From NCBI GenBank assembly GCA_965203355.1, contig OZ241889.1:288001-352000 (forward strand): a stretch of DNA of 64,000 bases, written 5' to 3'. Source of the DNA: Candidatus Latescibacterota bacterium. Lineage in GTDB: Bacteria; Latescibacterota; UBA2968; UBA8231. The position numbers and the translations under genes were made by a program. The notes below the pieces were generated by a model. It was given only the letters and a program-made list of their open reading frames with translations. It did not search any database and was not told where the DNA came from. Shown here one piece after another: positions 1-10,374 of the stretch; positions within the stretch are counted from its first letter, which is position 1; each line of letters begins with the position of its first letter.

Positions 1-2721
1 CGCATCGTCTTCCTCGCTTATCGTTTGCGGATCCACCGACAACTCAATGGACGTACTAGGGGCGTCGTCGTCGGAGATCTCAATGTTCTTCAATAGCTTC
101 GCACCGGATGCAAACCCAGCCTGCACACCTAACACTCTCGAGCCATCTACCTGGGTGTTGTTAAGGGGAGTGATCGTGAGCCTCGCGGTCCCAACGGTAG
201 CCCCGGCCGGAATGGTGATGACCGCCTCCAGTTCCGCCGCGTAGTCTATATCGCGCACGGCCAGCTTGCCTTCGCTTGGACCTACAATCGCGATTCTCAC
301 GTGCTCGGTCGTAGCCTTAGCAGCGGCCAAGGTCAAGGTCAGCAAAACCTGCGTCGCCCCGGCGTCTTCGCGGACGGACGAAGGAGCCGCCGTCAGTTCA
401 GCGTCCACCGTCTGGGACGGCAGATCGACCCCGGTAACTTTGATGGAGAAGAGCAACGTGGCCGAGTCATTGTCTCTGTCAATTACCGCGTAGACCATGT
501 TGACCGCGCCCTCGGTCGCTACCGAAGGCGTACCCGAAATCGTGCGTGTTGAATCGTCAAACGCCAAGCCGGCTGGCAGAGTCGAAATGCTGTACGTCAG
601 GTCGCCATCGCCGCCCGTCGCTTTCGGCAGTACGAGCGAGTCAATCGCCGTTCCAACCACGTACTCTTGGTCGGCAATCGTATCGTTAGCGGCAAAAACA
701 GGGGAACCCGGATCCCGCGGCTTGGGCGGCGTACTTCCCGCTTTAGTATCTTTCAGCATTATCGTCGCGGAATTGACCGTCAGCACCCGGATGTTCCCGT
801 CGTCGTCTTTGGCTTTGGGCGGGTTATTCGTCGTACTCACCAAGTGGATCTTCTCGTCGTCTTCCTCGTCGCTGTCGGCAAAAGGGGTGATGGTGAGCGT
901 CGTCGTCCCGGTTGTCGAGCCGCCCGGAATCACCAAAGCGGACAAGGAGGCTTTGTAATCTACATCGCGCGTCGCCGCCTTATCGTCATCGTTCACCTCA
1001 CCATCGCCATTAATGTCTTCATCAATGGTCAAGGCCACGACCAGGTTACCGGCGAACTCCTTACCATTCAAGGTCCCGGTCACCGTAACCTCGCTTGTAC
1101 CCGCCCCCTCGGCAATCTCGGTAGTGCTCACTTCTAACGTGACCACATCGCTCGGCGTGTCGTCGTCGGTAATCAGGATTCCGGCGACAAAGGGAGGGTT
1201 GTCTCGCACCTTGGCATTCACCTTGAAAGCCCGCGTAATGTTCTTTTTTGTGTTGTTTATGGGCGTGACCGTGATCGTCGTCGTCCCTTTTGTCTTGCCC
1301 TTCGGGATGCGGATTGTCTGCACTTGTACCCTGTAATCCACATCGCGCGTTGCATCCACCGCGCCCGCAAACGGACAATCGGACGTCGATGCCTCATCCT
1401 CACACAGGCCATCGCTGTCGTCCGTAACCGTGATCTGCACCGTCTCGTCAGTCGACAAGGCGTTCTGTAGGGAAAGATTCAGCGTGACCTCCTTTGGCCC
1501 GGCGTCCTCGCGTATCGAGAAAGGAGCCGCTGTCAGCCCTTCAATCACTGTGGTAGGAACGGTCGTTATCTCGATTGAGTTAGGAATAACTGGTATGGTA
1601 TTTCCCTCTCCATCAGTCGGGTCGCTATTAGCTTTCAACCAAATCTTGCCGGTTCCTGCGTTCTTGGGGACGATGGTAATCGTCGCCCTCCCCGACACCC
1701 TGCGGTCTGGAATAGTTATCGTGGCCAGTGCCGCAGTATAGTCTGCGTCGCGATCCGCGCTATCTTCACCATCCTTATCAACAACTAAAGAAAAACGCAG
1801 GTCTCTTGTTAGCGTCCTTCCGTTTAGGGTAGCCGTCACGACGATATTGGTCGCCCGATCGTTCTTGCTTACATCGGCATCCGAAAACGAGAGGGTGATC
1901 TGGGTGCTTTTCTTATCGTTGTCCGTTAGCGTAATATCAGCACTCTTGACACTCTTACCACTACCGACGATACCCGTGATCGTAATCGTAAGATCCGTTG
2001 TGATGGTGTTGTCTTCAATGGGGGTGAAGGTGATCGTCCCGCTCGCCTCTTTCTGGTTTTTCGGAATCCTGAGCGTGGGCAGTTCTATTCTATAGCGGCT
2101 ATTGAGCAAAGCCGAATCTTGGAGCTGCAAATTCACCTGCGTTTCGGACGTTCGCGCCTCCTTAGCTTGGACCCTCACCGTGATCTTGGTCTTCCCAGCG
2201 TCCTCGCGCACACTATTAGGATTCACCGACAGCGTGTAATCATACGCATACGGTACCGTCATCTCCACGGAGAAGGAGCTTTTATTGTCAAACGTCATAA
2301 CCTCACCACCTTGAAGCGTGTGCCCCGTGCCCAACGGCAGCACGAAAGTCTCGCTAGCGTCGAGGGAGCCGCTGGTGAAGTTGAACCTCCAGAAGTCGTT
2401 GGCTTTGTTTGTGTTAAAATTCGCGGTAGAGGCACCATTATCCCACTTAAGCGGGCCAGGATTCGTCCCGAGACTCTCACTTCTATAATCCGGTTTGAAC
2501 TTGAACTTCAAACGATTTTTTGCACTTCCTGAGAGGCCTGCGGGGATACCTTCAAGCGTAAAAGTCAGGGTATCCTTATTACTGCTCAGTTCAATGCTCT
2601 TCACTGTCACCGCCGCTTCCGCCGCGCCACTCGTCATCAGGAGGCCGACTGCCAACAAGATAACACGCAGGCTACCTCTATCAGGCAGCATCGACATGGG
2701 TGAAAGAAGGTTCGCGTTCAT
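1..2721 (-). CDS. Large secreted surface protein with Calx-beta-like and putative-Ig repeats (partial, runs off the left edge)
   Basis: Not in the ORF track because it has no stop in the window. ATG at 2721 follows GGAGG. Reads MNANLLSPMSMLPDRGSLRVILLAVGLLMTSGAAEA (signal peptide), then modules such as LSVNPNSVREDAG, ITLTDND and IEISDDD. Frame spot-checked at the start, around 2.1 kb and at base 1. Paralogous to 2821..8496. Confidence 0.85.
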   Translation of the reverse strand, partial: MNANLLSPMSMLPDRGSLRVILLAVGLLMTSGAAEAAVTVKSIELSSNKDTLTFTLEGIPAGLSGSAKNRLKFKFKPDYRSESLGTNPGPLKWDNGASTANFNTNKANDFWRFNFTSGSLDASETFVLPLGTGHTLQGGEVMTFDNKSSFSVEMTVPYAYDYTLSVNPNSVREDAGKTKITVRVQAKEARTSETQVNLQLQDSALLNSRYRIELPTLRIPKNQKEASGTITFTPIEDNTITTDLTITITGIVGSGKSVKSADITLTDNDKKSTQITLSFSDADVSKNDRATNIVVTATLNGRTLTRDLRFSLVVDKDGEDSADRDADYTAALATITIPDRRVSGRATITIVPKNAGTGKIWLKANSDPTDGEGNTIPVIPNSIEITTVPTTVIEGLTAAPFSIREDAGPKEVTLNLSLQNALSTDETVQITVTDDSDGLCEDEASTSDCPFAGAVDATRDVDYRVQVQTIRIPKGKTKGTTTITVTPINNTKKNITRAFKVNAKVRDNPPFVAGILITDDDTPSDVVTLEVSTTEIAEGAGTSEVTVTGTLNGKEFAGNLVVALTIDEDINGDGEVNDDDKAATRDVDYKASLSALVIPGGSTTGTTTLTITPFADSDEEDDEKIHLVSTTNNPPKAKDDDGNIRVLTVNSATIMLKDTKAGSTPPKPRDPGSPVFAANDTIADQEYVVGTAIDSLVLPKATGGDGDLTYSISTLPAGLAFDDSTRTISGTPSVATEGAVNMVYAVIDRDNDSATLLFSIKVTGVDLPSQTVDAELTAAPSSVREDAGATQVLLTLTLAAAKATTEHVRIAIVGPSEGKLAVRDIDYAAELEAVITIPAGATVGTARLTITPLNNTQVDGSRVLGVQAGFASGAKLLKNIEISDDDAPSTSIELSVDPQTISEEDDA

Positions 2722-2759
2722 AATAAGTCCTCCTTCGGGACAGTACCGCTTAAATTAGA

Positions 2760-2789
2760 AATGGGACCCCAATGTTCTGGGGTCCCATT
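2760..2789 (-). terminator. 12-bp perfect stem-loop between two surface-protein genes (terminator or mRNA processing/stabilising hairpin)
   Basis: AATGGGACCCCA-atgttc-TGGGGTCCCATT, with only a weak U tail on the minus strand. Confidence 0.5.
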
Positions 2790-2820
2790 CCCTAGCTCGC
2801 TGTACGCTGTATCGCGGATG

Positions 2821-3100
2821 CTACTTGAGCAGCAACATCTTCTTGATGTCGAGGAAATCGCCGCCCGCCTGCAAGCGGTAGAAGTACATCCCCGACGACA
2901 CGCTCTGGCCGCTGTCGTTGGTCGCGTCCCACTCCACCGCGTAGCGACCGGCACTCTGATGCTCGGCGACCAGCGTCCGAATCGGCTGACCCAACACGTT
3001 ATACACGGTCAGCCCCACGTCCGCCGCCTGCGGCAACGCATACTGAATCGTCGTCTGCGGGTTGAACGGGTTGGGATAGTTGGCTGCCAGCGAGAACACG
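2821..3100. repeat. Copy 1 of a 280-bp direct repeat encoding the C-terminal sorting domain (copy 2 at 8609..8888)
   Basis: Near-identical DNA at offset 5788. Confidence 0.9.
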
Positions 3101-6100
3101 GCCGGGCGCGTCTGCACCGAAATCGGCGCGGGCAATGCCAGCCGGTTGAAGCCCAACGCCCGGTCATACGTCTGGCTGTCGGTGATTTCGAGCGTCGTGT
3201 GCTCGATCTCGGTCGTCGGCCGGAAGACTAAGCGCAATATCAACTCGCCGTCCGAAACGACATCGCCGTGAGCCGCTACCGTCAACACGCCCGCTTGGTC
3301 GGCCAGCACCTGCGGCGTAGCGAATGCGCTGCCACCCAGCGGCTGATCGGTCCGCGCTTCAACGAAGGTTAGCTGGTCAGCGTCGTAGGCCACCTGCAAG
3401 CCGTAGCCCTTGACCGCCACGAAGTCGGCCAGTCGCACATTAACGACGAACTCTTCTCCCACGCTCGGCAGGGCGGCTGGCGCGTCCAGATACAGTCGCG
3501 CGTCCCCGTTCAACCCGGTCCGCAGTGGCACCGGCTTGCCCGCCGCAGCCACGCTGCGACCGAAATGGTCGGCCAACACGAAGAAATCGTCGAAGTCAAT
3601 CGTCCCATTCGGGGCCAAGTCAAACGCTGGATCAAAACCAGCGTCGCCCGCCGTCAAACCGAAGCGGTCCGCCAATACGAAGAAATCGTCGAACCCAATG
3701 CGCGCGTCCGCACCGAACAGCCCCAACAGAGCCTGCCCTTGGCTATCGGTCACCCGATTGCGCACGGCCAATGCGGTATGCTCGACCGAACCGGTCTCGT
3801 TGTCTAAGTCGAAAGCCCGCACCTGATAGGTGTAATGTACGCCATGCTGCGCGGTCTCATCGACAAAGGACGCGACCCCGGCCTCCACCTCGGCGACCAC
3901 GGAGAACGTTTCGTCTCCCACGGCGCGGCGATAGATGCGGTAGCCATGTACGCCCACGACCGGCTCGACCGGCGCCGGGCCTAGTGCGCCGGCCACGACC
4001 CCTTGCAGCACCTGATCCGACGGCGACAGCGTCCACGTCAGCGCGATGCGACCGCCTTGATCGTCCGGCGCATCCAACACCTGCAACGCCGACACGGCCA
4101 ACGGCGCGATGTCGTCAGTCGCCCGCACGGCCTCAGCCGTCCAAGTAATCGACGAACTCAGTACGCTACTGACGACATTCAACTTCGGCGCCACGCCGCG
4201 AGCGTAGGCTAACGCTTCCGGCAGCAACGACGCCAGCACTGGTCCTTCCTGCGCGGCAGCGCGGCTGGCTTGCAGCGTCGCCGCCATCTGCGCGTAAGGC
4301 GCGGTCAAATCACCCGCCTCGACGAACACGGCTTTGGCCATCTCGTGCGTGGTGCGCCCATCTTTTTCGGCGGCAATGCCCCAGCGCGTCGAGACGTTGT
4401 CCAGCGTCGCCACGATGGCGCGGCCCATCGCCACGCCGGGCACGGCATCCACTCGCGCCCACGGCACCATCTCATTTTCCAGCACCGGCAACGCGCGGAA
4501 GATGCGATAGCCGTCCAGCGACTTATGATCCGCCGATAGCTCCCAAGACAGCATTACGAAACCGCCTTGGTCGCCTTGGCCGTCCGCGCCTTTGTAGTCT
4601 TCGGCGACCAGGTTGGTCGGTGCCGACAGCGGCGGCTCCACCACCGCCATGCTCAACGGCAGCGATTGACTCGCGCCGCTAGCATCCATGACCGTGTAGG
4701 TCGCGACTGTCTCGCCCATCGTCGTCGGCGTCCCGGAAATCGTCCGGGTGGCCGGGTCAAACGACAGCCCGGTCGGCAAACCCGACACGCTGTACGTCAG
4801 CGGCGGAGTGCCCCCGGAGACGGCCGGCAACGTCAGGTTTGCCGGCACACCCACGGTGAATTGAATCATACTGTTGTCGTGCGAATCGGCCGGATTGGCT
4901 TTGCCGGCTCCGCCGCCGCCGAACAACGAACCCAGGTCGCCCCAGTCCAGCATCGCGTTGATGGTAATCGTGAACGTCAGCGAGACGCTTTCGGCGCCAG
5001 CCATCGCCGTGTAAGTGACTTCCGTGCTGCCCTCGGCTTCCGGCGTCCCGGAAATCGTCCGGGTGGCCGCGTCAAACGACAGCCCCGCCGGCAGACCCGA
5101 CACGCTATACGTGATGGCCCCCTCGCCGCCCAACGCCACCGGCAGGACCAACGGCGTAATCGCCGTGCCCGCCGTATAGGCATGTGCGTCGATCGAAGTG
5201 CCCTCGACGAAAGACAAGGGGATCATCATCTTCTCATCGCCGTCATTATCGTCCGTCATGCCGCTGTCCGTGTCCGTCAGCACCAGCGTCGCCGAACCCG
5301 CCGTCAAGCCGGGCAGCATCGCGTTGAGCATGATCGTCTCGTCGCCCTCGGCCATGCCGTCGGCCGTCGGATCGATCAACAGGCGGGTCGAACCCATAAT
5401 CGAACCGGCGGCAATGGTAATGGTCGGATTGAACAGGGCCGAGTAGTCCAAATCGCGCGCGGCACTCGAAGCCGCGTCAATCGAAACGGAGACCGTCGCG
5501 TTCTCGGCCAACGGCTTGCCGTCCAGCGCGGCCATGATCATCACTTCCGTCAATTCCGCCGACTCGCTGAGCGCACTCGGCCGCACCGACAGCACCAAAG
5601 ACGTGCTTGGCGTCTCGTCGTCGGAAATGCGGATGTCCACCTGCCCCCAACCGCCCGAAGCCGCCGCCCGAACCCCCAAGTGTTTATGGCCGTCCGCCGA
5701 AGCGTTGTCAATCGGCGACAGGAAAAGCGTCGTCCAACCTGCCTTTTCCCCGGCCGCAATCGTGATCGTCCCCGCTAATGTCGCGGTGTAATCCACGTCG
5801 CGGGTGGCCGCCGCTCCGCTAGTCGGCGGCACAATCGTAAAGCGGACCCGCTCCGCCGCCGGAGCCGCCTCCGACAGAGTCGCCGTAACTCGGATTTCAG
5901 CGGTCTCGCCGTTTTCGCGCACCGCCGATTGCGAAGCTATCACGCTCGCGATGCCGACCGTCACCGGCGCGGCTTCACCCACCGTGATGGTGAAGGTCTT
6001 TGCGCCGCTGTCGCCATCGCTATCGAGCGCCGTATAGACGACCGAGGCCATGCCCGCCAGCGTCGGCGTCCCGGAAATCGTCCGCGTTCCCGCGTCGAAC

Positions 6101-8496
6101 GACAGACCCAGCGGCAAGGTCGACGAAACGCTGTACGAGAGCGTTCCTTGGCCGCCCGTGGCCGCGGGCAAAACCTCGCTGAACGCTTGGCCAACCGTCG
6201 CTTCAAAGGCTAACGCCCCAGCACCAAAGTTCGGTCGGCCCGTGTCCGCGGTCGTATCCGAAGAACCAGAATCGTCCATCTTCGCCGCGTCTTTCAGCGT
6301 GATCGTCACGGAGCCGACCGTGATCTTGTCGTCGTCTTGATTCTTGAGATTGTCCGTGAGCTGCTTGATCGTGATCGTCTTGTCGTTGGCGGGTTTGCCA
6401 TCGTTGATCGGCGTGATCGTGATCGTCGTCGAGCCGGTGATCTCGCCGCGCGGAATCGTCAGCGAGCCAAGCACCGCCGTGTATTCTATATCCCGCGTCG
6501 CCTTCTTGTCCGGCGTCCGATCTACGACCAGCGTGATCGTCGCCGCCGCGTCCAGCACCTTGCCGTCCAACGTGCCGGTCACCGTCACCGTCGTCGCCCC
6601 GGCGTCCTTTTTGATTTCGCTCGGATTGACCGACAGCGTGATGTCATCGCTCAGCGTCTCATCGTCCGTGATCTTGAACTCCACCGTATCCATCTGAGAC
6701 GCTTCGGTGCCGACCTTCGCTATCACCTCGAACGTCCGCGCCCCATTCTTAACGCTGTTGTCCACCGGCGTGACGCGCAGCGTCGCCGTGCCCTTCGTAT
6801 CACCCGCCGGAATCGTCAACCCCTCAGTCACCTCCACCTCGTAATGCACGTCGCGCGTCCCCGTGCTATTCGTAAGAATCTGAAAGTCCACCGCCTTCGC
6901 GCCGGTTAAGGCTTTCTTCAATTCAACGTTCATCGCAATGTCGGTCGCCCCGGCGGCCTCGCGGATCATCTTCGGACTCAGCGTAAAGTCCTTGATCTCC
7001 GCCACCGCAACGTCCTCAACCGTGATGGTGCCCCGGTTGACCTTAATATCAGGCAAGATAAAAGATTCCACGTACTTAATGGTGTCCCCAACACCGAACG
7101 TATCATCAAAGTCGCCATCGCCGTTAAGGTCGATACGGGCATGCCAGAGATATGAAGGTACGGCTCGAAAACCCACTTCACTTATCGCCGCTTCGGGCAC
7201 AAGGGTGTCCAAATAATCACCATCATGCTTGCGATCCTGACCGTCATTTCGACCTGAAAGGACGATACGCTGCTGAAGGTCGACCCCCAACTCGCTTTCT
7301 ACCAAGGCGGGGCTGCCCACAGGTATGGAGTCGACTCGATCCAAAGTTGCAAGATTTCCCAAAACGTAGGATATAGTACCTCCAAGGGAAAAATCACCAT
7401 CGCCGTTGAGGTCAAAGCAGATCCAGGCATCTCGCCTATTAACGCCATCACCGGTTTCGTTCGTTTCTTTGACACTTGATCTGGAACCGGCAGGTATGAC
7501 AAAATTATCGGAGTCCCACGTACCATCGCAGTTGATGTCTAGCCGGAGCTGCTTACCATTATACATCCGTTTCTTGACCTGCCCCTTCAGCAACGTATCC
7601 CTGGCCCCCACCACGATCTTGCCCGCCTTATTATTCGGATCGACGGTGAACGTCGTCGTCCCTTCGATCTTCCGCTTTGGAATGCTCAACTTCCCCAGCC
7701 CCCTAAGCGAGTAATCCACATCGCGCGTCAACGTATCGGCAGCACCGCTAACAACAACCAACTGGGTTTCAAGCTTTTTGCTCGTCAACGCGGGGCCATC
7801 CAACGTGCCTGTCACTTCAATTGAAGTCTCATCCGCCTGCTTGCTGAGCTTGGACGGCTTAAAAGAAAGGTCAATCTCCTGCGGATACTGATCGCCGTCA
7901 ATCAGCTCCACATACAGGTACTTCAAATTACTGCCGCTCTCCTTTACATATCTTTGCTGAGGACGATATGTTATGTCTGCATTACCCAGCGTAAAACGAA
8001 TAGGGACAAGAATATTAGGGAGTACACGCAGCAAATCTTGAGAAACCGCCTTTTCCGTTTCCGGCGTACTCCAGAGGTCGTTTCGATCAAGATCAACGGG
8101 CGCCGTCGGGCTGGCTGGGGTAGGTCCGATCCGATCGTTGGGAATCGGAGTTATGGTGATAGTCCCAGTCGCCTTTTTCTCCCCCGCCTTAATCACGAGA
8201 CTGGAGGGGAAGGATACTCTGAATAAGTCATTGAGATACTTTGCGGAGGCACTTGCTACGGGGACACCCATTGCAATCTGAATGTCTTCGTCCGCCGCCT
8301 CGTCGTCTTCCACGACGGCTTCGACCGTAATATCTTGCGCTCCACCGTCCTCGTGGACGAAAAGCGGGTCAAGGGTAACATGAACATTCTTCTTCTGCTG
8401 ACCCTTGGCCTCCCCGGCCCAGCCCAACACCAAAATGGCCGCCAGCAAACAAGGCACAAAAGCCAACCTCGACAGGAACAACTTCGCGTTTGTCAT
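2821..8496 (-). CDS. 1891-aa secreted multidomain surface protein: Calx-beta-like and putative-Ig repeats, dockerin-like EF-hand pair, cohesin-like domain, FlgD-Ig/T9SS-like C-terminal domain
   Basis: Signal peptide (GEAKG/QQ). DLNGDGD Ca-binding motifs, repeated LPxGLSFDxxTRTISGTP, FDDFFVLAD twice, VGEEFVVNVRL..GYGLQVAYD, and C-terminal NYPNPFNP...SSGMYFYRL...KKMLLLK. Confidence 0.9.
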   Translation of the reverse strand: MTNAKLFLSRLAFVPCLLAAILVLGWAGEAKGQQKKNVHVTLDPLFVHEDGGAQDITVEAVVEDDEAADEDIQIAMGVPVASASAKYLNDLFRVSFPSSLVIKAGEKKATGTITITPIPNDRIGPTPASPTAPVDLDRNDLWSTPETEKAVSQDLLRVLPNILVPIRFTLGNADITYRPQQRYVKESGSNLKYLYVELIDGDQYPQEIDLSFKPSKLSKQADETSIEVTGTLDGPALTSKKLETQLVVVSGAADTLTRDVDYSLRGLGKLSIPKRKIEGTTTFTVDPNNKAGKIVVGARDTLLKGQVKKRMYNGKQLRLDINCDGTWDSDNFVIPAGSRSSVKETNETGDGVNRRDAWICFDLNGDGDFSLGGTISYVLGNLATLDRVDSIPVGSPALVESELGVDLQQRIVLSGRNDGQDRKHDGDYLDTLVPEAAISEVGFRAVPSYLWHARIDLNGDGDFDDTFGVGDTIKYVESFILPDIKVNRGTITVEDVAVAEIKDFTLSPKMIREAAGATDIAMNVELKKALTGAKAVDFQILTNSTGTRDVHYEVEVTEGLTIPAGDTKGTATLRVTPVDNSVKNGARTFEVIAKVGTEASQMDTVEFKITDDETLSDDITLSVNPSEIKKDAGATTVTVTGTLDGKVLDAAATITLVVDRTPDKKATRDIEYTAVLGSLTIPRGEITGSTTITITPINDGKPANDKTITIKQLTDNLKNQDDDKITVGSVTITLKDAAKMDDSGSSDTTADTGRPNFGAGALAFEATVGQAFSEVLPAATGGQGTLSYSVSSTLPLGLSFDAGTRTISGTPTLAGMASVVYTALDSDGDSGAKTFTITVGEAAPVTVGIASVIASQSAVRENGETAEIRVTATLSEAAPAAERVRFTIVPPTSGAAATRDVDYTATLAGTITIAAGEKAGWTTLFLSPIDNASADGHKHLGVRAAASGGWGQVDIRISDDETPSTSLVLSVRPSALSESAELTEVMIMAALDGKPLAENATVSVSIDAASSAARDLDYSALFNPTITIAAGSIMGSTRLLIDPTADGMAEGDETIMLNAMLPGLTAGSATLVLTDTDSGMTDDNDGDEKMMIPLSFVEGTSIDAHAYTAGTAITPLVLPVALGGEGAITYSVSGLPAGLSFDAATRTISGTPEAEGSTEVTYTAMAGAESVSLTFTITINAMLDWGDLGSLFGGGGAGKANPADSHDNSMIQFTVGVPANLTLPAVSGGTPPLTYSVSGLPTGLSFDPATRTISGTPTTMGETVATYTVMDASGASQSLPLSMAVVEPPLSAPTNLVAEDYKGADGQGDQGGFVMLSWELSADHKSLDGYRIFRALPVLENEMVPWARVDAVPGVAMGRAIVATLDNVSTRWGIAAEKDGRTTHEMAKAVFVEAGDLTAPYAQMAATLQASRAAAQEGPVLASLLPEALAYARGVAPKLNVVSSVLSSSITWTAEAVRATDDIAPLAVSALQVLDAPDDQGGRIALTWTLSPSDQVLQGVVAGALGPAPVEPVVGVHGYRIYRRAVGDETFSVVAEVEAGVASFVDETAQHGVHYTYQVRAFDLDNETGSVEHTALAVRNRVTDSQGQALLGLFGADARIGFDDFFVLADRFGLTAGDAGFDPAFDLAPNGTIDFDDFFVLADHFGRSVAAAGKPVPLRTGLNGDARLYLDAPAALPSVGEEFVVNVRLADFVAVKGYGLQVAYDADQLTFVEARTDQPLGGSAFATPQVLADQAGVLTVAAHGDVVSDGELILRLVFRPTTEIEHTTLEITDSQTYDRALGFNRLALPAPISVQTRPAVFSLAANYPNPFNPQTTIQYALPQAADVGLTVYNVLGQPIRTLVAEHQSAGRYAVEWDATNDSGQSVSSGMYFYRLQAGGDFLDIKKMLLLK

Positions 8497-8608
8497 TACT
8501 TAACTCCTTGGGGAAGCACCCCCAGTGATGAAAGTGAAAGTGAGAAAAAGAACGAATGAAAGATCGGATTTACCACAATAGGTACTCCGTAATCGTCGTG
8601 ATTGAAGG

Positions 8609-8888
8609 CTACTTGAGCAGCAGCATCTTCTTGATGTCGAGGAAATCGCCGCCCGCTTGCAAGCGGTAGAAGTACATCCCGGACGACACACTGTGGCCGC
8701 TGTCATTGGTCGCGTCCCACTCCACCGCGTAGCGACCCGCCGCCTGATGCTCGGCCACCAACGTCCGCACTGGCTGGCCGACCACGTTATACACCGTCAG
8801 CATCACATCCGCCGCCTGCGGCAACGCATACTGAATCGTCGTCTGCGGGTTAAACGGGTTCGGATAGTTGTCCGCCAGCGAGAACACG
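8609..8888. repeat. Copy 2 of the 280-bp C-terminal-domain repeat
   Basis: Near-identical to 2821..3100. Confidence 0.9.
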
Positions 8889-9250
8889 ACCGGCTGCGGC
8901 GGCAGAACCACCGACACCGTAAAAGGCACCGACCGACTCGCGCCGTTGGCGTCCGTAACCGTGTACACGACCTCCGACAGACCAACCGCCATCGGCATAC
9001 CCGAAATCGTCCGTATGTCCGCGTCAAAAGACAGCCCCTCCGGCAAACCCGAGACGCTATACGTCAACGGCGGGGTACCCCCATTGGCCACCGGCAACAC
9101 GAGGGCGGCGAGGGGATCACCCACCACCACCTCGCGCACCCGGCTATTTTCGCCGTCGCGCTCAGTCGCCAAGGCGGCGTGAGCACCGGGAAAGAGGAAA
9201 CTCGCCCCAAAAAGGGCCAGCAAGGTAACGATCGAAAACTTTTGCTTCAT
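8609..9250 (-). CDS. Small secreted protein: one putative-Ig domain plus FlgD-Ig/T9SS-like C-terminal domain
   Basis: Signal peptide AHA/A, LPEGLSFDADIRTISG, NYPNPFNPQTTI...KKMLLLK; RBS AAGGA. Confidence 0.9.
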   Translation of the reverse strand: MKQKFSIVTLLALFGASFLFPGAHAALATERDGENSRVREVVVGDPLAALVLPVANGGTPPLTYSVSGLPEGLSFDADIRTISGMPMAVGLSEVVYTVTDANGASRSVPFTVSVVLPPQPVVFSLADNYPNPFNPQTTIQYALPQAADVMLTVYNVVGQPVRTLVAEHQAAGRYAVEWDATNDSGHSVSSGMYFYRLQAGGDFLDIKKMLLLK

Positions 9251-9406
9251 AATTCCTTCTCTCTAGCCTTAACTGCTAAAATTTAGCGGACACTTGCTCG
9301 CCGAGGAGCAAATTGACTATTTAAAATAAAGCACACCGCAATCATATAAGCAAATACATTTTTCGGAAGTGGGTAGTGGTGCGTTTTGAAATCTAGATCT
9401 ATCACC

Positions 9407-9419
9407 GGGGGGGGGGGGG
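9407..9419. repeat. G13 homopolymer in a divergent promoter region
   Basis: atcacc-G13-taaatc read directly, in AT-rich intergenic DNA. Confidence 0.85.
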
Positions 9420-9476
9420 TAAATCATTGTTTTTTTAACGACTTACGGCAATAAAGATTTGCAGTCTGGCGACCGC

Positions 9477-10322
9477 ATGATCATCGATATCCACAGCCAC
9501 GCTTGGCAATACCCCGAGCACTTCACCGACCCATTTCGCCAACAAGCGGCCCAAGTGGCCAAACCCGACGAATCCCTCGACCTAACCGTGAACTATGCCG
9601 CCTATCGGGCGGGAGCGCAAAACTGCGACAAAACCATCGTTTTCGGCGGCAAGGCCCGGCGCGCTGGCCTGTGGGTAGAAGACCGCTATGTCGCCGATTA
9701 TGTCGCCGCTCACCCAGAGGCACTAATCGGCTTCCTCTCGCTCGACCCGACCCAAGACGGCTGGGAGCAAGAAATGGCTTACGGGCACCAACAGCTCGGC
9801 CTCAAAGGCATCAAGCTACTCTCCATGTACGCCGGCTTCTATCCACACGACCAACGCCTCGACCCGCTGTGGCACTACGCGGCCGAGCACGGCCTACCCG
9901 TGCTACTACACACCGGCACCACTTTCGTCGCCCAAGCCCCGCTTGACTGCACCTTGCCGCGCCATCTCGATCCGGTAGCCATTCGCTTCCCGGAGGTCAA
10001 AATCATCATGGCCCACCTAGCGCATCCCTACGAAGGCGAGTGCGTAGCCGTCATTCGCAAACATCCCAACGTGTACGCCGATGTCAGTGCCCTCCACTAT
10101 CGGCCGTTCCAGCTCTACCACAGCTTGATGCTGGTGCAAGAATACGGAGTCTGGCACAAGTTGCTCTTTGGCAGCGACTATCCCTTTACCACTATGGACG
10201 CCTCGATTGAGGGCCTGTACGGATTGAACAAGATGCTTGATGGCACGGCACTACCGCGCTTGAACGAGCGCGAAATCCACGCCTTAATTCACCGCGACAG
10301 CCTCGGCATCTTGGGGCTTTAA
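9477..10322 (+). CDS. Amidohydrolase family protein (Amidohydro_2 type)
   Basis: IIDIHSH metal motif, LHTG, AHLAHP, YADVSA, LFGSDYP; ATG 9477 preferred over TTG 9459. Confidence 0.9.
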   Translation: MIIDIHSHAWQYPEHFTDPFRQQAAQVAKPDESLDLTVNYAAYRAGAQNCDKTIVFGGKARRAGLWVEDRYVADYVAAHPEALIGFLSLDPTQDGWEQEMAYGHQQLGLKGIKLLSMYAGFYPHDQRLDPLWHYAAEHGLPVLLHTGTTFVAQAPLDCTLPRHLDPVAIRFPEVKIIMAHLAHPYEGECVAVIRKHPNVYADVSALHYRPFQLYHSLMLVQEYGVWHKLLFGSDYPFTTMDASIEGLYGLNKMLDGTALPRLNEREIHALIHRDSLGILGL

Positions 10323-10374
10323 TCTGCCGCCCTCGCGCTGGCCGCTGGATTCAGCGGCTACCCCCGCAAGCAGG

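Noticed and set aside
2821-8888. Diversity-generating retroelement template/variable repeat pair (also considered for the protease repeats)
   Set aside because: No reverse transcriptase in the window; both copies are coding and the differences look mostly synonymous rather than adenine-specific.
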